A DNA stretch of 64,000 nucleotides from Minisyncoccota bacterium (GTDB lineage Bacteria > Patescibacteriota > Minisyncoccia > Moranbacterales > GCA-2747515): contig CALDDM010000019.1 in the NCBI GenBank assembly GCA_937936355.1, positions 5,517 through 69,516 on the forward strand, in the 5' to 3' direction. Under the pieces are notes generated by a model. The model saw nothing but the letters and a program-made list of their open reading frames with translations, did not search any database and was not told the origin of the DNA. Numbering within the stretch: the first letter of the stretch is position 1; every line of letters starts with the position of its first letter. This document shows positions 1-11,612 of the stretch, piece by piece. The position numbers and the translations under genes were made by a program.

Positions 1-523
1 CCTTTGTCGTTATTGCGCTGACCGATAATTTCGTATCTGGCAAGTTAACGCCGCGACGTGATCGCACCATGCCACCATAAATCACCTTTGCAGTCACAGT
101 ATCTTTACCCACCTTCGTCACACGAACTGATTGCTTTCCATCGTTGATAAGAATCCTCTCTCCAACCTCAACATCCTTTATAAGATGTTTATAGTTTACC
201 GTGAAATGTGTAGCAGTTCCCAGAACTTTTTTGGTTGTGATCGTAATCTCACTGCCACGCTTCAAAACAACTTCACCATTCTCAAACTCACCAGTTCGAA
301 TTTTTGGCCCAGAAAGATCCTGAATAATTGACACAGTAGCTCCTTGCAAATTAGCAGCTTCTCGAACATTTGCCATCTGAACAGCAGCACTCTCATGATC
401 ACCGTGCGAGAAATTAATACGCGCACAATTTAAACCTGCCTGCATCATCTTCTCCAGCATAGGAACTTCCTGAGAGGCCGGACCAATCGTTGCGACGATC
501 TTTGTTTTCTTATGGTACGTCAT
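1..523 (-). CDS. pyk: Pyruvate kinase, N-terminal ~174 aa (gene continues past the left edge)
   Basis: Hand translation of the minus strand from the ATG at 523-521 is open to base 1. It reads MTYHKKTKIVATIGPASQ..ARINFSHGDHE..IQDLSGPKIRTGEF, the canonical pyruvate kinase N-terminal motifs. It is absent from the ORF track only because it is truncated. Confidence 0.9.
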   Translation of the reverse strand, partial: MTYHKKTKIVATIGPASQEVPMLEKMMQAGLNCARINFSHGDHESAAVQMANVREAANLQGATVSIIQDLSGPKIRTGEFENGEVVLKRGSEITITTKKVLGTATHFTVNYKHLIKDVEVGERILINDGKQSVRVTKVGKDTVTAKVIYGGMVRSRRGVNLPDTKLSVSAITTK

Positions 524-560
524 GAAAAAATATTTATAAAACTAATTGCCTACAAATTAT

Positions 561-569
561 ATTATAACA
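561..569 (-). promoter_or_regulatory. Extended -10 element TGTTATAAT upstream of pyk
   Basis: The reverse complement of attataaca is TGTTATAAT, about 38 nt upstream of the pyk ATG. No clear -35 element. Confidence 0.4.
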
Positions 570-613
570 AAAAGAGCGTTTACACACTCTTTAAGAAAAA
601 TTTATGAGAAAAA

Positions 614-1417
614 CTATATACTCTGCTGACGCTTCCACTCATACATTGCCACAGCAGCTGCAACGGAAACGTTCAAGGATTCAATATCATTTTCCATAGG
701 AATAGGCGCAATAAAATCACATTTTTCTTTCGCCTTAGTGGAAATACCCTTATCTTCACTGCCGACAATCAGAGCAGTTCTTCCATCAAACTTCTGTTGC
801 CAAATATTACCTGAAGGGTATTGGACACCCTCCTCTTCCATATCGATACCATAAATCCAATACTCACTCTTTTTGAGACTCTCCATAACTTGGCCCATTC
901 CAGAAAATTGAACAATATCAATTTTATTGACTGCGCCAGCAGATGTCTTGAAAACTCCACCACTAACAGGTGCCTGATGAAAATCACTCACAAAAACAGC
1001 ATCCACCCCACAAGCAGCCGCACTCCGAATAATTGCACCAAAATTCCCGACATCTTCAATACCATCAAGCACCAAAACACAACTATGAGGCAACGCTGCA
1101 CAACGTTCATCAAATTCCCCCCACGATTTATACTCAAAACCAGTGTAGTAGGCTATGACACCCTGCGTCAATCGCAGTGAGTCGAGGTGAGGAACAAGTC
1201 GACCAGCGCGTTTGGATTCAATTGAAGTCAAGCGCACATCTGCTGCACGAGCCGCATCAGCAATAGCCTCAACATCATTCAGAACATCTCCCTTCTCCTG
1301 AACAAAGAAAACCTCAGCAAGCTTATCAGGAGCATTTTGCAGAACTTCCATGACAGCATTGCGTCCATATATGTAAAAACCTTTTCGTGGCACCCGTCCA
1401 CGCATAATCTTGTTCAT
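614..1417 (-). CDS. rlmB: SpoU/TrmH-family RNA 2'-O-methyltransferase (RlmB-like)
   Basis: 267 aa. N-terminal YIYGRNAVMEVL substrate-binding region, then the SpoU motifs LVLDGIEDVGNFGAIIRSAAACG, ALIVGSEDKGIS and IPMENDIESLNVSVAAAVAMYE. Confidence 0.8.
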   Translation of the reverse strand: MNKIMRGRVPRKGFYIYGRNAVMEVLQNAPDKLAEVFFVQEKGDVLNDVEAIADAARAADVRLTSIESKRAGRLVPHLDSLRLTQGVIAYYTGFEYKSWGEFDERCAALPHSCVLVLDGIEDVGNFGAIIRSAAACGVDAVFVSDFHQAPVSGGVFKTSAGAVNKIDIVQFSGMGQVMESLKKSEYWIYGIDMEEEGVQYPSGNIWQQKFDGRTALIVGSEDKGISTKAKEKCDFIAPIPMENDIESLNVSVAAAVAMYEWKRQQSI

Positions 1418-1503
1418 AATCGTTCGTGACTAATTGCTATAAGTAAAGACAACAATACCACACAAAACTTCTGCTGTCCAATCCAGAGAAACAATTGATC
1501 GCA

Positions 1504-2022
1504 TTAGCCATGTAAAGACAAGAGATGCTTATGTGCCTTCTTGAGAATCCTTCTAGCATTACCATGTGTGAGCTTTTGCTGCGCAGCAGCATACGGCAAC
1601 CACACATGATCAGTATGCTCATCAGACAAAAGGATCGAATCAGGATCAGATATAACTTCTGCAAGAAAAAAAACCGCCCTCTTCCTGATAAAAAGACAAC
1701 GATTCTGCTTGATACGACTCACCCTCTCACCACCACGAGCGCGATAACCAAAGGAAAAAGTCTCTCGAAAGCCTTCTAAAACAACAAGTTGACTTTCCAC
1801 GATATTCGTCTCTTCTTGAATTTCGCGGTATGCAGTCTCCAGCTCAGACTCACCATCCTCAACATGGCCACGCGGAAATTCCCAATGCCCATGCGGATAT
1901 TTAATGAGCAGATACGCAGCCTCATCCGCACAGTCACCCTGACGATGACAAAAAAGCATGGCACCTACTGATTTTTCAAGTGCGACACAGTAAGGCGCCA
2001 TGACATTGGGAAATTGTCGCAT
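1504..2022 (-). CDS. NUDIX hydrolase
   Basis: Nudix box GHWEFPRGHVEDGESELETAYREIQEETN. The ORF-track start at 2115 overlaps the secA 3' end. Internal ATGs at 2022 or 2001 remove the overlap and are preferred. Confidence 0.8.
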   Translation of the reverse strand: MRQFPNVMAPYCVALEKSVGAMLFCHRQGDCADEAAYLLIKYPHGHWEFPRGHVEDGESELETAYREIQEETNIVESQLVVLEGFRETFSFGYRARGGERVSRIKQNRCLFIRKRAVFFLAEVISDPDSILLSDEHTDHVWLPYAAAQQKLTHGNARRILKKAHKHLLSLHG

Positions 2023-2056
2023 AAAGGTTACGTAAAATAATAACTCATCATATTCA

Positions 2057-4771
<2,715 letters not shown>

Positions 4772-4909
4772 AATTCTATTCAAGCATAGTCTGATTAAAT
4801 CTTCGATAGTATCATCATCAAAAACAACTTTCACAGAGATGATAGCTCAATTCTAACAGAATCCCCAAAGGAGGTAAAACAAAATGACAAACGAAAAGAA
4901 AATGTACTA

Positions 4910-5452
4910 TCAGTGAATACTCGGTTGCGCCAGTTTCACATAGAGATCACGCATCAATCGCGTATCATCCAAGGCATTATGAAGGTTATAATCGGCAAGA
5001 TCTATACCAAATGATGCGTAAAATTGATTTTTTTGATCTCCTATCGTGCGAGCAGGATTGAGTCCTATAGCAAAGAGAATAGTCGCAAAATCAATAGGTA
5101 TGCGATGAATAGGCTCATCCTTGTCATCAAAAAGCTTATGAAAAAATGCCATATCACGCTGATTCACAGTGGCAACGAGGTGAGGTTCCGTATGACCACA
5201 GAATTTTCTAATAGCAGTTCGCGCCTGCTCATGCGTTATTTCCTCTCCAGTCAAATACGGCACAACGTGTTCCCTTGTCCAATCAGAAACTTTTGCATCG
5301 TCATACGGAAGCTCGAAATACAATTCCTTTTCTCCAGACAAATCGATCATCCCCACGGCAATCAAATCGTGCTCACACGCATCGATGCCTGTAAACTCAG
5401 CATCAAAAAAAACAATGTCGTCAGAAAAGGGTAAGAATGAATAGTTACTCAT
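4910..5452 (-). CDS. DEDDh-type 3'-5' exonuclease (DnaQ-like fold)
   Basis: 180 aa. ExoI motif FFDAEFTG and ExoIII motif HNALDDTRL. Confidence 0.7.
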   Translation of the reverse strand: MSNYSFLPFSDDIVFFDAEFTGIDACEHDLIAVGMIDLSGEKELYFELPYDDAKVSDWTREHVVPYLTGEEITHEQARTAIRKFCGHTEPHLVATVNQRDMAFFHKLFDDKDEPIHRIPIDFATILFAIGLNPARTIGDQKNQFYASFGIDLADYNLHNALDDTRLMRDLYVKLAQPSIH

Positions 5453-5481
5453 AGCGCATTATTACAAAAAAGAGGATCAGA

Positions 5482-6474
5482 TTAAACAATATTATACTCT
5501 CGCACAACTGCAAAAATCATATAGGCCAGATAAATCGTAACAAAAAGACATCCCTGCCACCTCTCAATAGCATGCTTCTTCCCCACAAACATAAAGAGGA
5601 AGAAAAGAAAACTCACACCAATAAGGAAAACTGCATCCAAACCAATGCTACCAATCTTCTCTGGATCAACAACAACGTCAGCAACTGCAGCAGTGGATCC
5701 AAGTATGAAAAATGCATTGAAAATCGTAGAGCCTATAATACCTCCAACGACAAGGTCCGCCTGACCTTTGCGCACTGCAACAACAGAGGTGACAATCTCA
5801 GGGAGAGAGGTTCCCATAGCAACAATCGTAAGGCCGATTAAGTTTTCTGACCAACCCAAAAACTCTGCAATAGCAACCGCATTTGCAACAACAAGCTTGC
5901 CACCAAGAACGAGCGCCGCAATACCAGCAATCGCATAAAAGAGTGACTTCCCCCAGCCATAAACCTCAATACTTGTATGCTCATCTTCATTCTCCTCAGC
6001 CTTGGATAATCCAAAGGTATACACCACAAAGATGACGAAGAACGTAAGGAGGATAAGCGCATCTCCCCGCGAAATGATATTATTCTCAGCACCTGAAAAA
6101 AATGTATCAAAAGTCAGAATCGCAATCACAATCGCACTCAGAAGCGCAAAAGGGATCTCTTTCCAGACAGTCTGCTCTTTAATGGAAATCGTGCCAACCA
6201 AAGCGGCCACACCCAAACCCAAGAGTATGTTAACAATATTACTCCCAAGAACATTACCAAGTGCAAGCTCGGTCGATCCACCAAATGCTGCAATAACATT
6301 AACAAAGAACTCCGGAGCACTTGTACCAACGGCAACAACAGTAAGTCCAACGACAAAGGGTGTAATTCCAACTTTCCGCGCAATACTTGAAGCGCCACGA
6401 ACAAAAAAATCAGCGCCTTTTACGAGAATTACAAATGCAACAACAACCAAAAAGGCATTCAATACTAATGTCAT
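5482..6474 (-). CDS. Ca2+/Na+ (cation) antiporter, CaCA/YrbG family
   Basis: 330 aa polytopic membrane protein with two alpha-repeat signatures, GNVLGSNIVNILLGLG and GGIIGSTIFNAFFILG. Confidence 0.85.
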   Translation of the reverse strand: MTLVLNAFLVVVAFVILVKGADFFVRGASSIARKVGITPFVVGLTVVAVGTSAPEFFVNVIAAFGGSTELALGNVLGSNIVNILLGLGVAALVGTISIKEQTVWKEIPFALLSAIVIAILTFDTFFSGAENNIISRGDALILLTFFVIFVVYTFGLSKAEENEDEHTSIEVYGWGKSLFYAIAGIAALVLGGKLVVANAVAIAEFLGWSENLIGLTIVAMGTSLPEIVTSVVAVRKGQADLVVGGIIGSTIFNAFFILGSTAAVADVVVDPEKIGSIGLDAVFLIGVSFLFFLFMFVGKKHAIERWQGCLFVTIYLAYMIFAVVREYNIV

Positions 6475-6497
6475 GTGTAGAATCTAAAATCAATAAT

Positions 6498-8381
6498 TTA
6501 TTTTTTTTCCTTCTGCGCTTGTGCAATCAAATCCTTGATACTTGCAGTTGGTGGAGCTGAGATATCATTCCTAGGCACATCTGAGCGAGAGCTCCCGACA
6601 GACTTCGTAGTCGAAGGAGTCAGTAATGGAGCGCCATCAGGCTCAACAGTCTCTTTGACATGATCAACAGCAGGTTGTGGCTTCTGCGAAACGTGGACTT
6701 CCTGTGAGGTCCTTGAAACGGGCCGTGACTTCTGTAGCACGGGCTTCTTCTGATGCTGGGCAGGGCGTGGTAATGGAGATTGCGTACTCTTTGACGAACG
6801 CTCCTCCTCTTGCTTTGCACGTTTACGCTGAACTTCTTTCAAGCAATCCTTACAAAAAACTGGGCGACTACCGTCAGGTTTAAAAGGAACTTGAATCGCT
6901 AAGCCACAGTCAGCGCAAATTGCATCAAAAACCTCTCGTGGCTTATCAGTCGAAGGTGCCTGCGGTTTCTGAAGCGAGCCTGGTCCCTTTGTCGGAGGAG
7001 TAGTGCGTGGTGTCGGAGATGTCTCAGCCGGTCTATTTGGTGCAGATACTGCAGGAGTAGCGCCACCTGTCGAGGCTGTGCCTGAAGTAACTGTTCCAGG
7101 CATAGTCATCCCACTCCAGTCCATAATCTCTTTCTCAACACTGTCAATATCATTGGCATAAAGATCTCGCGACATCTGAATAACTGCATCAGTGCTATCA
7201 TTATCCAAACGAGAAATCGGCGGTAAAGTATCTGCGCTAAATGCATCACCCGCAACACCATCAATCATCAGCTTCAAATAGATCTTATACTTCGGGAGAT
7301 TCACGATATCATTCATCATAAATACTGGCTCAAACTCTTTCTCAAGAGCTTCTGCATCAGCCGCGCCGACACGAAACGATACCATCGAGCCAACATTCCC
7401 AAAAACAGCGTCACGAACTACATCTTCAAGTTGTGCAACATACTGATGCGCCAGTATAAGCGATAACCTATACTTACGCGCCTCAGAGAGGATATTAGCA
7501 AATGACTCAGTCGCAAAGTTTTGGAACTCATCAACATAAAGATAGAAATCCTTTCGATCATCTTCTTCCATATCAACACGACCCATCGCAGCAAGCTGAA
7601 TCTTTGTCACCATCATCGCACCAAGGAGCGATGAGTTATCCTCACCGATCCGTCCCTTTGCAAGATTGAGAATAATAATCTTCTCGGAATCCATTGCTTC
7701 GCGGACGTTGAATGAAGAGCGCGATTGACCAACAACATTACGTATAAGTGGACTTGTCAGAAACTGCCCAACCTTGTTTTGAATTGGAGAGATAACCTCT
7801 TGCAATACACGCTCATTCCATTGGGAGAATTCATCAACCCAAAATGCACGTACTACAGGATCCTTCACATGATTAATTACCTCTATCCGATACTTCTTAT
7901 CAACGAGAATACGCATAACACCCAAAAGAGTACTCCCAGGATACTCAAGGAGAGCCAAGATTGCATTGCGTAAGATATACTCCAAACGTGGACCCCATGA
8001 ATCTGCCCATAGCTTCTGAAAAACGCCGATAAGACCAGAAGCAACAAGCGGTCGGAATCGAGGATCAACAGTTTCCATAACATTAAACGATAGTGGAAAG
8101 TCCTGGTCGCCAGGATTAAAATAGATAACATCCTTAACCCGATCCGGCGGCACCATTGAAATTAGTTTTTCAGCAGTATCACCATGTGGATCAATAAAGC
8201 ATAGGCCAGCGCCATTACGAATGTCTTGAATCGCAAGATTTTCAAGAAGGTTTGTCTTACCCATACCCGTCTTTCCAATAGCATACATATGCCTCCTACG
8301 ATCGTCTGTTTTTATGCCAAAAGCCACTTTCTTGTTACGAAAGTTTGTCTGTGCAAATGGCGTGATAATATCTTGATTCAT
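6498..8381 (-). CDS. Soluble coupling-protein-like P-loop ATPase (VirD4/TraD/HerA-FtsK class) with a disordered P/T/S/K-rich tail and a CxxC-x17-CxxC zinc ribbon
   Basis: Walker A GKTGMGKTN, Walker B FYLYVDEFQNF, coupling-protein-like RKYRLSLILAHQYVAQL. No TM segment. The tail (aa ~425-627) contains C489-x2-C492-x17-C510-x2-C513, encoded at nt 6843-6917. Confidence 0.75.
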   Translation of the reverse strand: MNQDIITPFAQTNFRNKKVAFGIKTDDRRRHMYAIGKTGMGKTNLLENLAIQDIRNGAGLCFIDPHGDTAEKLISMVPPDRVKDVIYFNPGDQDFPLSFNVMETVDPRFRPLVASGLIGVFQKLWADSWGPRLEYILRNAILALLEYPGSTLLGVMRILVDKKYRIEVINHVKDPVVRAFWVDEFSQWNERVLQEVISPIQNKVGQFLTSPLIRNVVGQSRSSFNVREAMDSEKIIILNLAKGRIGEDNSSLLGAMMVTKIQLAAMGRVDMEEDDRKDFYLYVDEFQNFATESFANILSEARKYRLSLILAHQYVAQLEDVVRDAVFGNVGSMVSFRVGAADAEALEKEFEPVFMMNDIVNLPKYKIYLKLMIDGVAGDAFSADTLPPISRLDNDSTDAVIQMSRDLYANDIDSVEKEIMDWSGMTMPGTVTSGTASTGGATPAVSAPNRPAETSPTPRTTPPTKGPGSLQKPQAPSTDKPREVFDAICADCGLAIQVPFKPDGSRPVFCKDCLKEVQRKRAKQEEERSSKSTQSPLPRPAQHQKKPVLQKSRPVSRTSQEVHVSQKPQPAVDHVKETVEPDGAPLLTPSTTKSVGSSRSDVPRNDISAPPTASIKDLIAQAQKEKK

Positions 8382-8456
8382 AGCAAGGATTGATTCTAAG
8401 CTCTTAGTGTACTAGAAAATTGCTTTCAAGGAAAATGTGTAAACATATAAGCAAAA

Positions 8457-9713
8457 CTACATAAACGGCAAATTGGTTGGTGCACTACCACGACGTGAGT
8501 CAACGTATTGCACGCCTGGTGCGACCACGGACATATCTGGCATATGAAAGAGGGTCGCAAGCTCTTCACTCGAAAGATGAAACATCACACCAGAGGGATC
8601 GCGATCACGGTATCGCTCATAAATACGACGACCCTTCCGTTTGGTCACAGCATCTTTGAACGCATAGTCTGCTCCCGTCTTTGAAAGCGACTCAGGCCTA
8701 AATCCATTATGGTTACTGTCACTGAAAGCCTTAACAACAGAACCCATCAAAGCATTGATATTGACTGGCGTGTATCCCTCGGCCCGACCCACGACAATAC
8801 CACGCATCTTGACGTCAAAAAAAGGTTTACCAAGATTTTCCTCCAAGCCTTTAAGTGTATCTTTTTGCCCTGGGGTCAGACGAAACTCTACAGGATCCTG
8901 ATCCTTTGCACCTGACTCCCACGGAGAAAACTCAGGTGCGCGAAACCATCCCGTAAATATCCCAAAGAAAACATCCTTGATGTCCTTCCACAGGCGTGAG
9001 CCTTCTTGTGTTTCTTTACCAAGCACTTTATCAACTTCCTTGCGCCCAACACTCTCATTCCAACCAGCACCTTCTGCAGTGATAATATACTGAAGCCATA
9101 TTTTCTGCCCAGGACCAAGTGACGACATATTCTCTATAAGAGTATGAAGAGGGTCAATCATCTTCCCGGTAATATCCTCCTCAAACTTACGATATGACTT
9201 GATGGGATATGCATCCGGCTTAACAAGCTCAAAATCAGTCCCCCAGATTTTCCATGACGTATTTGGGACTATTTTTGGTGCTCGCTCTACATAATCTTGC
9301 ACCTCCATAATCTCTATTCCAGGATACTGCGCATACAAACCACTCTCAATAAGCTCTCTATACTGACGTTGCGCACGAATATAAAAATGCACCGTACCTG
9401 AATCCCCCACAATTTCTATGCTAAAAAACGGATTATTATATCCAATAATCATTTGCTCTATAATCGTCTTACCTTTATCAGTACCAGCAAGAAGATTAAA
9501 AAAGTTCTCCATAAGCTGTGGACTTTTCTCTATATCTCGCGGAGGTCGCAATTCCAAAACAATATTCTCACCCTGCGAGAAAAACTTACCCGAGATATGG
9601 CCAAGCCACAACATTTTAAACAAAATATAAAAAGCAACCGGTACGGCGATAAACCAGGTTGCCTGAAAAGCGCTAATAAAAAGACCTAAAACAGAAGTGA
9701 AGTTTTCGAACAT
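8457..9713 (-). CDS. Membrane-anchored protein of unknown function, upstream partner of the ATPase
   Basis: 418 aa. Two N-terminal hydrophobic helices (VLGLFISAFQATWFIAVPVAFYILF), then a large soluble domain with no motif I recognise. Same strand as the ATPase gene and 75 nt upstream of it. Confidence 0.6.
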   Translation of the reverse strand: MFENFTSVLGLFISAFQATWFIAVPVAFYILFKMLWLGHISGKFFSQGENIVLELRPPRDIEKSPQLMENFFNLLAGTDKGKTIIEQMIIGYNNPFFSIEIVGDSGTVHFYIRAQRQYRELIESGLYAQYPGIEIMEVQDYVERAPKIVPNTSWKIWGTDFELVKPDAYPIKSYRKFEEDITGKMIDPLHTLIENMSSLGPGQKIWLQYIITAEGAGWNESVGRKEVDKVLGKETQEGSRLWKDIKDVFFGIFTGWFRAPEFSPWESGAKDQDPVEFRLTPGQKDTLKGLEENLGKPFFDVKMRGIVVGRAEGYTPVNINALMGSVVKAFSDSNHNGFRPESLSKTGADYAFKDAVTKRKGRRIYERYRDRDPSGVMFHLSSEELATLFHMPDMSVVAPGVQYVDSRRGSAPTNLPFM

Positions 9714-9775
9714 TTTGATTTTTGACGACTATAAAAAGAGCGGGTAGCAGCAAGATATGAAGACGGCCGAAAACC

Positions 9776-10792
9776 CTACTTTAAATAGTAAACGCCACCA
9801 TCGTTCTTGGCAATAGCGTGCAAGTTGATTTTGACAGTTGCAGGTTTCACTGTGCGTTGCGAAAGAACGATATCAATAATCTCGTCAGCAGTAAGAGGCT
9901 TTGCTGACTTATTAATCGCATCCATAATCAAATCTTTGACCTTACCTTTCTTATAGCCCTTTGATGCGAGGCCGTACGTACCACGCCCTACGAGTACAAA
10001 ATTCTTATCTTTGATCAACTCATTGTGAACAGTCTGTGGATGTGTCTTCCTACTACCTTTACCGAGATTCTTTGCATCAATCTCTTGTGCAATATCACGA
10101 AAGTGAAGCGGCTCTTTCGCATGCTTAAGAATAAGGTGAACTTTATCACGTATACTCTTAGGTTTTACTTCACTCCATTTAGTTTTCCCCCAGTGTCCAT
10201 AGTTATTCTTGGCAATTTCTTGCGAAACATGGAGGTGCTCCTTGATATGAGCACTGTCAAGATACTTATGCTTCTTTGCAAGAATCGCATAAAGATCATC
10301 TTCCGTTGCAACGGATTTTGTTTGTTCAAAATACGCATGCGCATCCTGATGGACATTACGCCACTGATCAAAATCAAATTCTGTCAGATGAATCGACGGT
10401 TCAATTGGGTGCTTCTTGTGTCGGTCAACAAGCACGACACTCTCAGATGCTGCAATAAAAAATCGCATAACACCTCCATCAGCACCATGGTCTTTAAAGA
10501 ATTTCTTAAAGAGTCGTGGAGCGTGAACAATCCCACCTCGTGAGCGGACAAAAGCTTCTATTGCATCTTGTGCTGACTCGTAGTCTTCATTCGCACTATC
10601 ATGAATCTGTGCAAGGCTTGCACGTACAATCTGACGTACGCGCTCTCGCGTAATATCGTGCTTTTTACCTATAGCATCTAGTGTCTGAGGCGTATCATGG
10701 CCTATGCCAAATCGTCTTTCCACACAATCTTGCGCTCGTGGCGAAAGACCTGCAAGAGCCTCCATACAAATCGCCGAAAATGTCTTTTTCAT
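9776..10792 (-). CDS. DNA-binding protein with an N-terminal sigma-70 region-4-like HTH and a C-terminal HARE-HTH-like winged helix
   Basis: LSPRAQDCVERRFGIGHDTPQTLDAIGKKHDITRERVRQIV matches the sigma region 4.2 pattern. C-terminal LHFRDIAQEI..TVHNELIKDKNFVLVGRGTYGL resembles HARE-HTH. No sigma region 2 is present. Confidence 0.65.
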   Translation of the reverse strand: MKKTFSAICMEALAGLSPRAQDCVERRFGIGHDTPQTLDAIGKKHDITRERVRQIVRASLAQIHDSANEDYESAQDAIEAFVRSRGGIVHAPRLFKKFFKDHGADGGVMRFFIAASESVVLVDRHKKHPIEPSIHLTEFDFDQWRNVHQDAHAYFEQTKSVATEDDLYAILAKKHKYLDSAHIKEHLHVSQEIAKNNYGHWGKTKWSEVKPKSIRDKVHLILKHAKEPLHFRDIAQEIDAKNLGKGSRKTHPQTVHNELIKDKNFVLVGRGTYGLASKGYKKGKVKDLIMDAINKSAKPLTADEIIDIVLSQRTVKPATVKINLHAIAKNDGGVYYLK

Positions 10793-10992
10793 AAAGAGTT
10801 ACTTAGAACAGCGCTCTAAGCCATTAAATATTCAATAACAACATGGTAACAAAAAGGTTTCTAAATGTCAAGAAAATGGATTTATCAATCTCAAGGTGGA
10901 AATACGATATATACGCGAAAGGAGGTCAAGAAATTGTTAGTGAGAAGGAGAAGTACCAAGACTCACACCCTGCTTCATGATAGAATAAAGCT

Positions 10993-11538
10993 ATGAAACA
11001 TCTCTATACATGCTACTTATCCTACCCTCCCAGTGTAGATAGGATCATCAAAAAGGCATATAATGAAGCCACTAGCATCTATGAGGATAGGAGGGATTTT
11101 GATTTTACTCCTATGATACCCCTATGGAAAGTGGAGATGAATGAATCTGCAGAAGAATCAATTGCAAATAATTTATATTCTCTTAAGATAATAGGAGACA
11201 CACTTACAATCAGTGGATATATGAGCAGAGAAAAGTCAGGGTATATCTTTATTGTTTTTGATCAAAAATCCAATCAACAGTTAGAATCTTTATCACAGGC
11301 AGCTGAGCGAGCGATGACGAATCACGAGAGTGCCGTAAGTGCAATGCCTTATGGATTCGAGCCACATACAAGCCTTATAAAAACAAACCCAAAAAAAATT
11401 GATAAAATAATAAACACTCTAAAAACAGATATATCAGGAATAACATTTCATCCAGACAAAATGATTCTTTCAAAAAGGGTGAATCAAAACACCTTCAGTA
11501 ACCTAATCGAGAAAACTGTTCCACCAAAAATACTTTAA
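10993..11538 (+). CDS. Hypothetical protein (orphan plus-strand gene, visibly A+T-richer than its neighbours)
   Basis: 181-aa ORF with an ATG start, followed by a strong terminator. No confident motif. Confidence 0.5.
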   Translation: MKHLYTCYLSYPPSVDRIIKKAYNEATSIYEDRRDFDFTPMIPLWKVEMNESAEESIANNLYSLKIIGDTLTISGYMSREKSGYIFIVFDQKSNQQLESLSQAAERAMTNHESAVSAMPYGFEPHTSLIKTNPKKIDKIINTLKTDISGITFHPDKMILSKRVNQNTFSNLIEKTVPPKIL

Positions 11539-11572
11539 GTTGATATATCAATAGAATATATTTTATAAAAGT

Positions 11573-11597
11573 AAAAAACACCTGTACGGTGTTTTTT
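11573..11597. terminator. Bidirectional rho-independent terminator between convergent genes
   Basis: AAAAAACACC-TGTAC-GGTGTTTTTT, a GC stem flanked by an A-run and a T-run. It lies between the 10993-11538 gene (+) and ftsZ (-). Confidence 0.8.
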
Positions 11598-11612
11598 ATC
11601 TGATTTTTTATC

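Noticed and set aside
4772-4834. N-terminal extensions given by the ORF track for several genes: secA here, and also the NUDIX gene, dgkA, pth, ftsQ, the LPXTG gene, gap, tpiA, galT, map, the hydrolase and the kinase
   Set aside because: In each case an internal ATG reproduces the canonical family N-terminus and removes overlap with the upstream gene. The longer starts are in-frame read-through of intergenic sequence.
10993-11538. Possible 2H phosphoesterase (LigT-like) assignment for the orphan protein
   Set aside because: Only one H-x-S/T-x tetrapeptide (HTSL) is present, and the expected first motif is missing. The evidence is insufficient to name it.
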